Origin: Deltaproteobacteria bacterium
GTDB lineage: Bacteria; UBA10199; GCA-002796325; JACPFF01
DNA length: 64,000 nucleotides
NCBI GenBank assembly: GCA_016210045.1
Contig: JACQUX010000038.1
Coordinates: 165,139 to 229,138, forward strand
Direction of reading: 5' to 3'
Under the pieces are notes generated by a model that saw only the letters and a list, made by a program, of their open reading frames with translations, was not told the origin of the DNA and did not search any database. Positions within the stretch are counted from its first letter, which is position 1, and each line of letters begins with the position of its first letter. This document shows, piece after piece, positions 37,258 to 46,960 of the stretch. Both the position numbers and the translations under genes were made by a program.

Positions 37258-37266
37258 GAGGCGGTT

Positions 37267-37953
37267 GTGCGAAAGTGGATACGCTTTACCCGGCAAGATC
37301 GTCTGGAGCACTGGCTGGTCGCGCTCTGTTTTCTGTTGTTGGTGTGGACCGGGCTGCCACAAAAATACTACGGAGCCGAGGTGTCGCAGTGGATCATCGC
37401 CCACAGTGGCGGGATCGATTACACCCGATTACTACATCGCGTGGTCGGTTTTGTTTTTACTGCGCTGACCGTATGGCATGTCGGCTCGCGCGTCTGGGGC
37501 TTTCTGCGCAAAAAAATTGCCCCCTCGATGCTGCCGACGAAACGCGATTTTACCGACGCGATCACGAATCTACGCTATTACATGGGGCTCACGGACCACG
37601 AAGCGCGCTGCGATCGATTCGATTACAAACAGAAGTTCGAATATTGGGGCATGCTGATGGGGAGCGCCGTGATGATCGCCACCGGGCTGCTGCTCTATGC
37701 GCCGGCATGGTTCACGCAGTGGTTGCCCGGGGTGTTGATCCCCGCCGCTAAAGTGGCGCACAGCAATGAGGCAATGTTGGCACTGCTCGTAATCGTCGTT
37801 TGGCATTTGTACGGCGTGGTGTTCAGCCCCGAAGTCTTCCCGCTCGATACCAGTATGTTCACCGGCAACATTTCGGAAGAGCGGATGAAGAAAGAACATC
37901 CGTTGGAATACGAACGCCTGCAGCGCGAAGCGGAGACGCCGCCGCTCACTTGA
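37267..37953 (+). CDS. Membrane cytochrome b (Ni/Fe-hydrogenase / formate dehydrogenase gamma-subunit-type, PF01292-like)
   Basis: 228 aa, 4 TM helices with conserved His residues (..EHWLVA.., ..HRVVGF.., ..VWH..) in the arrangement of dihaem cytochrome b quinone-interacting subunits. Confidence 0.75.
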   Translation: MRKWIRFTRQDRLEHWLVALCFLLLVWTGLPQKYYGAEVSQWIIAHSGGIDYTRLLHRVVGFVFTALTVWHVGSRVWGFLRKKIAPSMLPTKRDFTDAITNLRYYMGLTDHEARCDRFDYKQKFEYWGMLMGSAVMIATGLLLYAPAWFTQWLPGVLIPAAKVAHSNEAMLALLVIVVWHLYGVVFSPEVFPLDTSMFTGNISEERMKKEHPLEYERLQREAETPPLT

Positions 37954-40900
37954 CGTCGAAGTAGCGCGCGGCGGGATGGTGCACGATCAAGGCCGACGTG
38001 CTGGCTTCCGGATCCATTTGGAACGTCTCGCTGAGACTGACGCCGATCCGTTCCGGTTGCAGCAATTCAAACAGCAGCGCCTGATCCTCTAAATTCGGAC
38101 ACGCGGGATATCCGAAACTGTACCGACTCCCTTGATACCCTTGGTGATACAGTCCCTCGATCGTTGTCGCGTCGGCTCCCGTAATGCCAAGTTCCACGCG
38201 GATTGCCCGGTGCCAATATTCCGCCAACGCCTCCGCCGTTTCGACCGAAAGCCCGTGGAGATAGAGGTAATCCGTGTAATTGCCCGCTTCGTAATACTGC
38301 TGACACACGGCCTTCGCGCGCGCGCCGATCGTGACCACATGCAGCCCGATCACGTCCATCGTGCCCGCATCGAGCGGCCGGAAGAAATCCGCAATGCAGT
38401 GATACGGCTCTCGCGGCTGCCGCGGAAACGTAAACAGCACGCGCTCTTGCCGCGTCTCCGGATCCAACACGATCACGTCATTGCCCACCGCGCCACAGGG
38501 GAAATATCCGTACACCACCTGCGGCGCGAAAATCCCCTCCCGCTCCACGCGTCCCGTCAACTCGCGAAAGATCGGTTCAATTTTTTCCCGCACCAGCGCT
38601 TCATACTCCGCCTTCCGCATCTGCCCCTGCCGAAACTGCCACTGCCCCTTGAACAACGCCGTCCGATTAATCAACGGCCACAGTTGCCCCACAGCAATAT
38701 CCCCCACCACCCGCGTCCCCCAAAACGGCGGCGTAGGGATTGAAGCCGCCATCTTAATGGCAGAGCGCCTGCCTCGTCCCCCCAATAAAGTGGAGGATTG
38801 CGATGCAGCCGGAGACGGGATGGGGTCCGCGGGGGGGACTTGCGGAGCCCGCTGCAACGATGTTGTTGATACCGCAGCGGGCGAGCATGAGCGCGGCTGC
38901 GGCGCGTAAGCCGCAGCCGACGCGTGCCCCCCCGCGGACCCCATCCCGTCTCCGGCTGCCACCTTGCATTCCGAAACGACCGCTTCCATCACCCGCAACC
39001 CCTCGAACGCATCTTTACCATAATACACCGCCCGCCCATACGCGCTCGCCAAGTCGCTCTCCACAAAGCGCCGCGTCAACGCCGCCCCGCCGCAGATCAC
39101 TGGGATCGCCAGGCCGCGGTGCGACATCTCTTCCAAGTTTTCCTTCATGATCGCCGTCGACTTCACCAGCAAGCCCGACATCCCGATCGCGTGCGCCGCA
39201 TGCTGTTCCGCCGCCGCCAACATCTGTTCCAACGGGACTTTAATGCCGAGATTGTAGACCGTGTAGCCGTTGTTGGTCAGGATGATATCGACCAAGTTCT
39301 TTCCGATGTCATGCACGTCGCCTTTTACCGTTGCCAACACGATCTTCCCCTTCGATTGGCCCTCGACCCGCTCCATGTGCGGTTCCAGGAATGTCACTGC
39401 GGCTTTCATGACTTCCGCCGACTGGAGCACAAACGGGAGTTGCATCTTGCCGGCGCCGAACAACTCGCCCACGACTTTCATCCCGTCGAGCAGGATCGTG
39501 TTGATAATTTCGAGCGGCGCGTAGCGCCCCATTGCCTCGCGGAGCAACGGTTCCAAGTCGGTGCGGCGTCCGTTGATGATCCGTTGTTTCAACCGTTCTT
39601 CGAGCGGTGCGGCGCGATCCTCCGCTTCGCTGGGACCCGTCTCCAAACGGTTCGTCTGAAAATAGGCCATGAACGCCGTGAGCGGATCGCCTTGGCTGCG
39701 GTCGTTGTGCACCAGCCGCTGCGCCAACTGGAGTGCCGCATCGGGGATTCGGTTGAGCGGCAAGATCTTCGCGGCGTGGACAATGGCGGCGTCGAGCCCG
39801 GCCTCGACAGCGGCGTGCAAGAAGACGCTGTTCAACACGACGCGGGCCGCCGGATCGAGGCCGAACGAAATATTGCTGACGCCCAAGACCGTGCGCACGC
39901 CGGGCAATGTGGCCTTGACTTGGCGAATTCCGGCAAGCGTCTGGACGCCGGCATCATGAAATTCAGCGTCGCCGCTGCCGAGCGTGAACGTCAGCGTGTC
40001 GAACAACAGATCTTCCGGCTTCAGGCCGTATTCTTCCACACAGAGGCGATAGATCCGTTGCGCAATGGCGACTTTTTGTTCCGCGCGCTTCGCCATCCCT
40101 TGTTCGTCGATGGTCAGCGCAATCACGCCGGCGCCGAAGCGCCGCGCCAGTTCCAAGACACGCCGCGCGCGCGCGTCGCCGTCTTCCAAGTTGATCGAGT
40201 TGATCAGGCAGCGTCCGCCGGCGAGCGCGAGCGCGTGCTCCAACACCGGGAGCTCGGTGGTGTCGATCACGAGTGGCAGCGGAACTTGCGTGACATAGCG
40301 GCGGATCGTTTCCGTCATATCGCGCACTTCGTCGCGGCCCACGTACGCTACGCAAACGTCGAGCGCGTGACAGCCTTCGGCGACTTGTTCTTTCGCCATC
40401 TCGACCAGGCCATCCCAATCGTCGCGTTGCAATAAGTCGCGGAATTTTTTCGACCCGTTCGCATTGGTCCGCTCGCCGATCAGAAACGGCCGCGGCTCTT
40501 GGTCGAGCGCTTGCGCGGTGTACATGCTGCTCACCGCGGGCGTCCATTCCACCGTGCGGGCGTTGGGCGCTCGTCCGGCCAGCGCGATGGAGAGTGCGCG
40601 GATATGTTCGTCGGTCGTCCCGCAGCAGCCGCCAACTGCGGCGACGCCGTAATGCTCGACGAAATACGTCTGCCACTGGACGAATTCCTCCGGCGTGAGG
40701 CGGTAATGGGCGTGGCCGCCGACATTTTCCGGCAGTCCGGCGTTTGGATTGATCACGATCGGGACGGGACAGTGTTGACTTAAATGGCGGACGTTGTCTT
40801 CCATCTCCTTCGGACCGGTCGCGCAGTTCATTCCGAAGAGATCGATGCCATACGGCAGCAATGCCGTGCAGGCCGCGCCGATTTCGGTGCCGATCAACAT

Positions 40901-41491
40901 GGTGCCGGTCTGTTCGATCGTGACGGAGACGAGGATCGGGACGCGCTGTCCGGCCGTGGCCATCGCCTCGTGCGCCGCGACGATCGCGGCCTTGACTTGC
41001 AGCAAGTCCTGACAGGTCTCGATCGCGAAGAGATCCACGCCGCCTTCGAGTAATCCGAGACATTGTTCGGCATATGAAAGGCGCAATTCGTCGAATGTGG
41101 TTTGCCCTAAGGTGGCGAGTTTAGTGCCGGGACCGATCGAGCCGGCCACAAAGCGCGGTCGTTCCGGCGTGGCGAATTGGTCGGCGGTCCGTCGCGCGAG
41201 CGCGGCGGCGCTGCGATTCAGTTCTTGCGCCTGTGCAGCGATGTCGTACTCCGCCAATACGATCCGGTTGGCGCCGAACGTATCAGTCTCGACGATGTCG
41301 GCGCCGGCCGCATAATAGCGGGTATGAATGTCGGCAATCGTATCTGGGCGGGTGACGACCAGATATTCGTTGCACCCCTCCAGCGCCTTGCCGCCGAAAT
41401 CGTCCGCGGTCAGCCCGACCCGTTGGATCATCGTGCCCATGCCACCGTCGAATACGAGCACGCGCCGTTGTAGAAGCGTCAACAGTTCCAC
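37946..41491 (-). CDS. metH: Cobalamin-dependent methionine synthase
   Basis: 1181 aa with all four modules: Hcy-binding (N-term), pterin-binding, B12-binding (DxHxxG-type region ...GDVHDIGKNLV...) and the C-terminal AdoMet activation domain. Confidence 0.95.
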   Translation of the reverse strand: MELLTLLQRRVLVFDGGMGTMIQRVGLTADDFGGKALEGCNEYLVVTRPDTIADIHTRYYAAGADIVETDTFGANRIVLAEYDIAAQAQELNRSAAALARRTADQFATPERPRFVAGSIGPGTKLATLGQTTFDELRLSYAEQCLGLLEGGVDLFAIETCQDLLQVKAAIVAAHEAMATAGQRVPILVSVTIEQTGTMLIGTEIGAACTALLPYGIDLFGMNCATGPKEMEDNVRHLSQHCPVPIVINPNAGLPENVGGHAHYRLTPEEFVQWQTYFVEHYGVAAVGGCCGTTDEHIRALSIALAGRAPNARTVEWTPAVSSMYTAQALDQEPRPFLIGERTNANGSKKFRDLLQRDDWDGLVEMAKEQVAEGCHALDVCVAYVGRDEVRDMTETIRRYVTQVPLPLVIDTTELPVLEHALALAGGRCLINSINLEDGDARARRVLELARRFGAGVIALTIDEQGMAKRAEQKVAIAQRIYRLCVEEYGLKPEDLLFDTLTFTLGSGDAEFHDAGVQTLAGIRQVKATLPGVRTVLGVSNISFGLDPAARVVLNSVFLHAAVEAGLDAAIVHAAKILPLNRIPDAALQLAQRLVHNDRSQGDPLTAFMAYFQTNRLETGPSEAEDRAAPLEERLKQRIINGRRTDLEPLLREAMGRYAPLEIINTILLDGMKVVGELFGAGKMQLPFVLQSAEVMKAAVTFLEPHMERVEGQSKGKIVLATVKGDVHDIGKNLVDIILTNNGYTVYNLGIKVPLEQMLAAAEQHAAHAIGMSGLLVKSTAIMKENLEEMSHRGLAIPVICGGAALTRRFVESDLASAYGRAVYYGKDAFEGLRVMEAVVSECKVAAGDGMGSAGGHASAAAYAPQPRSCSPAAVSTTSLQRAPQVPPADPIPSPAASQSSTLLGGRGRRSAIKMAASIPTPPFWGTRVVGDIAVGQLWPLINRTALFKGQWQFRQGQMRKAEYEALVREKIEPIFRELTGRVEREGIFAPQVVYGYFPCGAVGNDVIVLDPETRQERVLFTFPRQPREPYHCIADFFRPLDAGTMDVIGLHVVTIGARAKAVCQQYYEAGNYTDYLYLHGLSVETAEALAEYWHRAIRVELGITGADATTIEGLYHQGYQGSRYSFGYPACPNLEDQALLFELLQPERIGVSLSETFQMDPEASTSALIVHHPAARYFDVK

Positions 41492-41540
41492 GCGCGGGGC
41501 TTACTAAGGTCCAGGGGCGGGGGTCAAGGGGTGAGAGGGA

Positions 41541-41590
41541 AATGCAAACGGCAAAATGCAAAAATCAAAAGGCAAAATGCCGGGACCACG
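41541..41590 (-). promoter_or_regulatory. Triple direct repeat (GCATTTTGCC-like) and sigma70-like promoter upstream of metH
   Basis: The coding strand is ggCATTTTGCCttttgattttTGCATTTTGCCgtttGCATTTccctctcacccc TTGACC cccgcccctggacct TAGTAA. It holds three T-rich direct repeats followed by a candidate -35/-10 ~45 nt before the metH ATG. Confidence 0.35.
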
Positions 41591-41618
41591 TCCGAACCGT
41601 TTGCGGAGGCCGGTCCCT

Positions 41619-42056
41619 TCACAGCGGATTAATGACGTGCAGCTTCGGGATGCGGCGGAATTCCGTGTCGCGTGTGAAGATCGTGTCGATGCCGTGTTCG
41701 CGCATGATCGCCGCAATCCGGCAGTCGTGGACAAAACTTCCGCGCACGGCGCCGACGTCCTGCAAGATCGCTTGCAGCGTCGTCCAATATCCTTCGCCTT
41801 CGGTGAGGAGGCGCAATGTCGGGAGCGCCAACAATGACGTCACGTTGGCGCACGCCTCCTGAAGAGAGAAGAGGGGCGGCGCGCCGCCGAACGACTGGGT
41901 CACGAAGGCGAGATATTCGCCGATGTTGATCCATGTGATGGCGTATGAAGATCGGTCCTGTGCCACTTGATCCAGGAATGCACGGGCCGCCCGATGCTCC
42001 GGCGCGGCCTCACTCGAGGCGTAAATGAGGATGTTCGTGTCGATCAGGCCGTGCAC
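41619..42056 (-). CDS. vapC: Type II toxin-antitoxin system toxin, PIN domain (VapC family)
   Basis: The N-terminus MHGLIDTNILIY is the PIN-domain motif with acidic residues. 145 aa. Confidence 0.85.
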   Translation of the reverse strand: MHGLIDTNILIYASSEAAPEHRAARAFLDQVAQDRSSYAITWINIGEYLAFVTQSFGGAPPLFSLQEACANVTSLLALPTLRLLTEGEGYWTTLQAILQDVGAVRGSFVHDCRIAAIMREHGIDTIFTRDTEFRRIPKLHVINPL

Positions 42057-42307
42057 GGCAGTGGTCGCTCCAAATCAGGGAGATACGAAGTGCGATCCGC
42101 AGGGTCGATGCCGGCCGGAAGCGGACGTTTGCTCGTGTGCCACGTGGCCAGCCGGGCGGCCGCCGTATGCCGCCGCTCCGTGCGCGCCTCCAAGCCGCCG
42201 CGAATGAGTTCCACCACAAGGTGTTTCAATCGTCGGCCCTCGCTCACGCACAGCCGTTTGAGGGTGCGCAACAACTGGTCGTCCATTTCGATGGTGGTTC
42301 GATGCAT
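42044..42307 (-). CDS. vapB: Type II antitoxin (VapB-like)
   Basis: Small ORF (MHRTTIEMDDQLLRTLKR...) overlapping the vapC start, the typical arrangement. Confidence 0.7.
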   Translation of the reverse strand: MHRTTIEMDDQLLRTLKRLCVSEGRRLKHLVVELIRGGLEARTERRHTAAARLATWHTSKRPLPAGIDPADRTSYLPDLERPLPCTA

Positions 42308-42331
42308 CGTCAAAAATGATAAAATGTTCCA

Positions 42332-45300
42332 ATGAATGTGTCAATATGTGAAAACCTTCCGATTGCACCCCCGTTGGGGGCGTGGCACAATGGTCGCGTG
42401 ATCGAAAAGAGTCTGAACCTCGGCCATCTGGCCGAGGATTTTGCAAAGTTGTTGGTCGATGTCCCGGGCGAATCCCTGCCCGAAGACACGATTCAATTGG
42501 AGGAAGGAGAGCGACGCGAAGTCACGATCCTTTTCCTCGATATCGTCGGCTATACGCGGCTGGCGGAACAACTCGATCCGGAACAACTCAAGTTCGTCAT
42601 CTCGAACACGTTGCAAGTCTTTACCAATCAGATCAAACGCTGCGGCGGGACGGTCGAGAAATACGTCGGCGACGCGATCATGGCGTTGTTCGGCCGTTCG
42701 GAGGCGCACGAAGACGATTCGCGGCGCGCGGTGGCCGCCGCGCGCGCCATCTTGGAACGGCTCGAAGACATCAACAGCATCCTGGCGCAGAAGGGGATCA
42801 ACATCAGTTGTCGGATCGGCGTGAATCGCGGTTTGATCGTCACCGGACAGATGGGCGAACACGACACCGTGACCGGCGAAGCGATCAATATCGCGCAACG
42901 GTTGGAAGCCAACGCCCCATCGAACGGGATTCTCGTCTCCGACTCTGTTTTTGCGGAATGTCAGGCATATTACGATTGCCAAGCCTTGCCGCCGCTGCAT
43001 GTGAAAAATAAGACCGAGCCGGTGATCGTCTATTTAGTGAGCGACGAAAAGGCCGGCGGCGATCGCGTGATGATCCGGCATGAAGGGACGTTCGCGGGAC
43101 GGGAAGGGGAACGGTCGACGTTGCGGGCGGTGTGGGAGCGGGCCGCGCAAGGGCAAATGGGTTTGGTGCAGGTGGTCGGCGAGGCCGGGGTCGGCAAGAG
43201 CGCGCTGTTGCAAGCGGTGATGCAGGAAATGCGGTCCGAGACGTTGCGCGCGGCGACCGTGTATTTCAAGGCCGATTCGTTCGGATTGACGCCCTACCAT
43301 GTCCTTTCGGACTTGGTGCGGGAATATTTGGCCGGACACGTGACGAGTCTCGAGGACTTTATCGCGGCGATTCCGGACGCGGCGTTGCGCGACGGTCTCG
43401 GCGCGTATCGACTGTATCTCACAGATATTCTCGGATTGCCGCTCGGTGAAGACGATCGGCAGCGCTTATCGCGGATGGATCCGCGGGCGCGCCAAGCGGA
43501 AACCAATTTGGCGTTGAAACGCTTTATCGAAGCCGCCGTGGCGACCGAACGCGTCCGTGGTGCGCTGCCGCTGGTGATCGCGGTCGACAACTTTCAATGG
43601 GTCACGCATGCCTCGCGCGAGGCGCTCAGTCAAATCATCCAGACGTTGCCGTCCGAATCGGCGGTACTCTGGCTGATGGCGGGGCGCAGCGGCGATGCGG
43701 CGCCATGGTTGTCGGCGCAATTGGGGGCAACCGTGTTGCAACTCACGCCGTTGCCGTTCGAGGCCGCAGCGACACTGATTCGGGCGCGTTTCCCGGAACG
43801 CGTGTTAGGCGACGAGTTTTGTCGTCGTCTGTTTTTGCGCAGCGGCGGCAACGCGCTGTTTCTCAACGAACTGGTCGGCGAGTTGCGGCACGACAGCGAT
43901 CTGAGCGATGTCAGTTTCGCTGAGCGGCTGCCGTCGTCGATCAAGGCGTTAGTGTTGTCGCGTCTGGATCGACTGCCGCGTCCGGAAAAATTCGCGCTGC
44001 AACTCGGCGCGTTGGCGGGGCGGGAATTTTCCGAAGACCTGTTGCGCCATGTGCTGCGGCGCGCGATGTACGATTACGACGCCACGCAACTGATCGAACG
44101 GCTCTGTGCCGCGAATTTCCTGGCCCGCAGCGATCACGGCGTCACGATCGCGCAGCCGATGCTGACCGAAGTCGCGTACTCCACGATTTTGTACGCCAAT
44201 CGCCGCAAACTCCACGCGACCGTCGCGCAGTGGGTGGAAGACAATCGTCCCGACATCTCGATTTACGCCGCGTATTTGGCCGAACAGTGGGAGCGGGCCG
44301 AGGAATATGCGAAGGCGTATCATTACTATGCCGACGCCGGGCATTCCGCGCGGCGCCGCTATGCGCAACGCGAAGCGGCGACATTCCTTGAAAAGGCCCT
44401 CAAGTTCCGATCGGCGGCGAATGCGACTCCGGACCAATTGGCGGAGGTGTACGGACATTTGGTCGGCGCGTTCGAGGCGTTGGGCGATCAGGAAAAATGG
44501 CAATTGTATTTAAAAGAAGGGTTGCAATATGCTCCGCCCGAAAGCCGGATGCATTTTCGCTTTCGCTTGTCCGCGATCGAAGTGGAGCAGCGCTATGGCG
44601 ACCGCGCGAAGGCAAAAGAGCGATTGGCTGTGTTTCTTGCCGATGCCGCCGTGCAGGCCAATGCGGAAGTCCATTTGCGGGCGTTGCTGACGGCCAGTAA
44701 TTTTGCGAACGATCAAGGCGCCGACGACACCGCCTTCATCGGCACGGCATTGGCGTTGCGTCCCAAAATTCAAGACGTGGATCTCCAAGAGAAACTCGAT
44801 CATTGCGTGTTTAATCATTACAAAAACGCGGACGAGCTGACGCAAGCGGAACAATATCTCATGCGGCTGCTGGATGCGGCGCAGACGGATTTTCGGCGTC
44901 ATTTGTGCGATCTTTTTTATTGTTCGTTCGCGTGGGATCGTGGCGTTGATTTCGCGGCGATCATGACGCGGGCGTTGGCGGCGCAGAACTATTGGCGAGA
45001 AGTCGGCTGGGTGCGGGGCGTCGGCTGGGGCGCGTTTTATCGAGGCGCGGCGTTATGGCGGATGAGCCGTTACACGGAGGCGCGGCAGGTCTTCATTGAA
45101 GGCGTCAAGGAATTAGAACGCGCGCGGGACCAATTCATGTTGGGTAAATTGGAACTCGTGTTGGCGGCGATCCATCTATTCAGCGGCGATCAAGTGAATT
45201 ACCAAGTGCGGAAGAATCGGATTCTCACGCACGCGCAGCAGACGTCGGAATCGGAATGGCTCGCGCTGCGGCGCGAATTTGCGATGTTCGAAGGCCAATG

Positions 45301-45757
45301 CCTCGAGCCGCGCCATGCGCTGACGGGCGTGTATGAAGAACTCGTCGCGACCGGGTCGGCGCCGTTAGCGAAGGTGCAGATCGACGAATATACCGTCACA
45401 TTGGCGCTCGTGGCCGTGCAGTTAGGCCACACCGTGGAGGCGGAACAGTTAATCCACAAAGTGGGTCCGCATATTCGCGACAATGAAAAGACGTGGCTGT
45501 GGGGACTGTGCGGCCGGGTCGAGGCGTTGATCGCCGCGGCGCGGGAGGAGTGGGAACCGATGGAACGGTCGTTTGCGGAGAGCGTGCTGCGGTTTCAAAA
45601 ACTCGGCGCGCTGTACGACGCGTATCAGACCTATCGCGGTTGGTGGCGGGCGTTGAAGCAGCGAGGATTGGGAGAAACGCCGACCGGGGCAACGGTCCAG
45701 CAAGCGCTGGCGCAGCTGGCGGTTTCGGTGGGTGTGCCGGGGGAGGGACGGGGATGA
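42332..45757 (+). CDS. Adenylate/guanylate cyclase (class III) fused to STAND-type AAA ATPase and TPR/helical repeats
   Basis: Cyclase domain motifs (VTILFLDIVGYTRL..., ...KYVGDAIMALFG...). Walker A (VVGEAGVGKSALL). A long C-terminal helical repeat region. 1141 aa. Confidence 0.85.
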   Translation: MNVSICENLPIAPPLGAWHNGRVIEKSLNLGHLAEDFAKLLVDVPGESLPEDTIQLEEGERREVTILFLDIVGYTRLAEQLDPEQLKFVISNTLQVFTNQIKRCGGTVEKYVGDAIMALFGRSEAHEDDSRRAVAAARAILERLEDINSILAQKGINISCRIGVNRGLIVTGQMGEHDTVTGEAINIAQRLEANAPSNGILVSDSVFAECQAYYDCQALPPLHVKNKTEPVIVYLVSDEKAGGDRVMIRHEGTFAGREGERSTLRAVWERAAQGQMGLVQVVGEAGVGKSALLQAVMQEMRSETLRAATVYFKADSFGLTPYHVLSDLVREYLAGHVTSLEDFIAAIPDAALRDGLGAYRLYLTDILGLPLGEDDRQRLSRMDPRARQAETNLALKRFIEAAVATERVRGALPLVIAVDNFQWVTHASREALSQIIQTLPSESAVLWLMAGRSGDAAPWLSAQLGATVLQLTPLPFEAAATLIRARFPERVLGDEFCRRLFLRSGGNALFLNELVGELRHDSDLSDVSFAERLPSSIKALVLSRLDRLPRPEKFALQLGALAGREFSEDLLRHVLRRAMYDYDATQLIERLCAANFLARSDHGVTIAQPMLTEVAYSTILYANRRKLHATVAQWVEDNRPDISIYAAYLAEQWERAEEYAKAYHYYADAGHSARRRYAQREAATFLEKALKFRSAANATPDQLAEVYGHLVGAFEALGDQEKWQLYLKEGLQYAPPESRMHFRFRLSAIEVEQRYGDRAKAKERLAVFLADAAVQANAEVHLRALLTASNFANDQGADDTAFIGTALALRPKIQDVDLQEKLDHCVFNHYKNADELTQAEQYLMRLLDAAQTDFRRHLCDLFYCSFAWDRGVDFAAIMTRALAAQNYWREVGWVRGVGWGAFYRGAALWRMSRYTEARQVFIEGVKELERARDQFMLGKLELVLAAIHLFSGDQVNYQVRKNRILTHAQQTSESEWLALRREFAMFEGQCLEPRHALTGVYEELVATGSAPLAKVQIDEYTVTLALVAVQLGHTVEAEQLIHKVGPHIRDNEKTWLWGLCGRVEALIAAAREEWEPMERSFAESVLRFQKLGALYDAYQTYRGWWRALKQRGLGETPTGATVQQALAQLAVSVGVPGEGRG

Positions 45758-46431
45758 CCGACATGCACGACGTGATGATCACGCTTTTTTCGGGACTCGA
45801 CGCGGCCGCATTGGCCGGCGTGCGCCAGCGGGCGGAGCCGCGCGACTTCGACGGTAACGTGGCGATCATTCGCGAAGGGGAGCCGGGCGATGCGCTGTAT
45901 ATTATTGTGCAAGGGACAGTGGCCATCATTAAACATGCGGCGAGCGGACGCGGCGACTTGCTGGGCATTTTGGGGCGCGGTGAATACGTCGGCGAGATGG
46001 CGCTGCTGACCGTTGCGCCACGCTCGGCCTCGGTCATCACGTTGGAGCCGGTCAAGACGTTGGCGATCAGTCACGCCCATTTCGGGCAATTCGTCGAACA
46101 ATTCCCCGGCGCCGGGGCGCAGATTTTCCGGACCTTTGCAACGACGCTGAGCGCCCGGTTGCAGCGCGTGACGGAAAAATTGGGGGAACTCTTGACCCCG
46201 ACCGCCGCGCGGGCCTCGCAGGCTGCGTCCGTGGACGCGAGTATCAGCCAGCCCGATGCCGAACTCTCGACGCCGGCTGCGGTGCTGAAAGGCACTGTGG
46301 ATCTGTTGTCCCAAACGGCCTTGACGCCGGAACGGCGGCAGGAATTCTTGCGCACGATGACGATTCAAGCGGAACGCTTGGTCGGTCTGTTGCGCACGGC
46401 GAACGGATTGAGTCATGAACAGACGCAGTAA
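45754..46431 (+). CDS. Cyclic-nucleotide-binding domain protein (CAP/CRP-type cNMP-binding fold) with C-terminal helical extension
   Basis: Contains ...GEPGDALYIIVQGTVAI...GEYVGEMALL...PRSASVITL..., the conserved Gly/Glu/Arg-Ser-Ala phosphate-binding cassette of cNMP-binding domains. ATGA overlap with the cyclase gene. Confidence 0.8.
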   Translation: MTDMHDVMITLFSGLDAAALAGVRQRAEPRDFDGNVAIIREGEPGDALYIIVQGTVAIIKHAASGRGDLLGILGRGEYVGEMALLTVAPRSASVITLEPVKTLAISHAHFGQFVEQFPGAGAQIFRTFATTLSARLQRVTEKLGELLTPTAARASQAASVDASISQPDAELSTPAAVLKGTVDLLSQTALTPERRQEFLRTMTIQAERLVGLLRTANGLSHEQTQ

Positions 46432-46849
46432 CTGCGGCGTGATCATCCTGTTGGCGCTAGCGGCGTGCAGTGCCGTGGGCTGCCGCGATTCGCGCTACTA
46501 CGGAACGGTCGAAGATTTGGTCTTCGATTCGGTGCCGGAAAAACACGACTTGATGACACAAACCATTAGTGGATTTGTGACTTGCCCGACCTGTCCGCCG
46601 GATACCTCCAGTATGTTGATCGAAGTGCGTGGTCCGCAATTATTGACCGCAGAGCCGTTAGTGAGTGAACCCTTCGCGCGGGTCGGGGCCTACGAAGTCA
46701 CCGTGAAGGTGCGGCCCGGCGAACCTCTCGTCGTCGAAGCGACCATCTTTACCAGCGGCGGGCTCCGCAACGTCTCACAAGAAGTCATGGCCATCGCCGA
46801 CGCCCCCGATGGGACCGCGAGTATGACGGTGAATTTGCGCGTGGAATGA
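46415..46849 (+). CDS. Hypothetical lipoprotein
   Basis: Signal peptide with lipobox (LALAACSAVGC). 144 aa. No family recognised. Confidence 0.5.
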   Translation: MNRRSNCGVIILLALAACSAVGCRDSRYYGTVEDLVFDSVPEKHDLMTQTISGFVTCPTCPPDTSSMLIEVRGPQLLTAEPLVSEPFARVGAYEVTVKVRPGEPLVVEATIFTSGGLRNVSQEVMAIADAPDGTASMTVNLRVE

Positions 46850-46850
46850 G

Positions 46851-46960
46851 TGGCTGGTAAGCGGCGCGCATAGCACACGTTGTTCCCAGCCACCAGTCAC
46901 GAGTCACCAGCCACCGCTTTTCCCAGTCACCAGTCACTAGCCACCAGTCACGCATCTAAA
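46851..46960. repeat. CCAGYCA heptamer tandem array (locus 3 of 4)
   Basis: The array cccagccaccagtcacgagtcaccagccaccgcttttcccagtcaccagtcactagccaccagtcacg lies between convergent genes, preceded by an inverted block gtggctggt. Confidence 0.6.
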
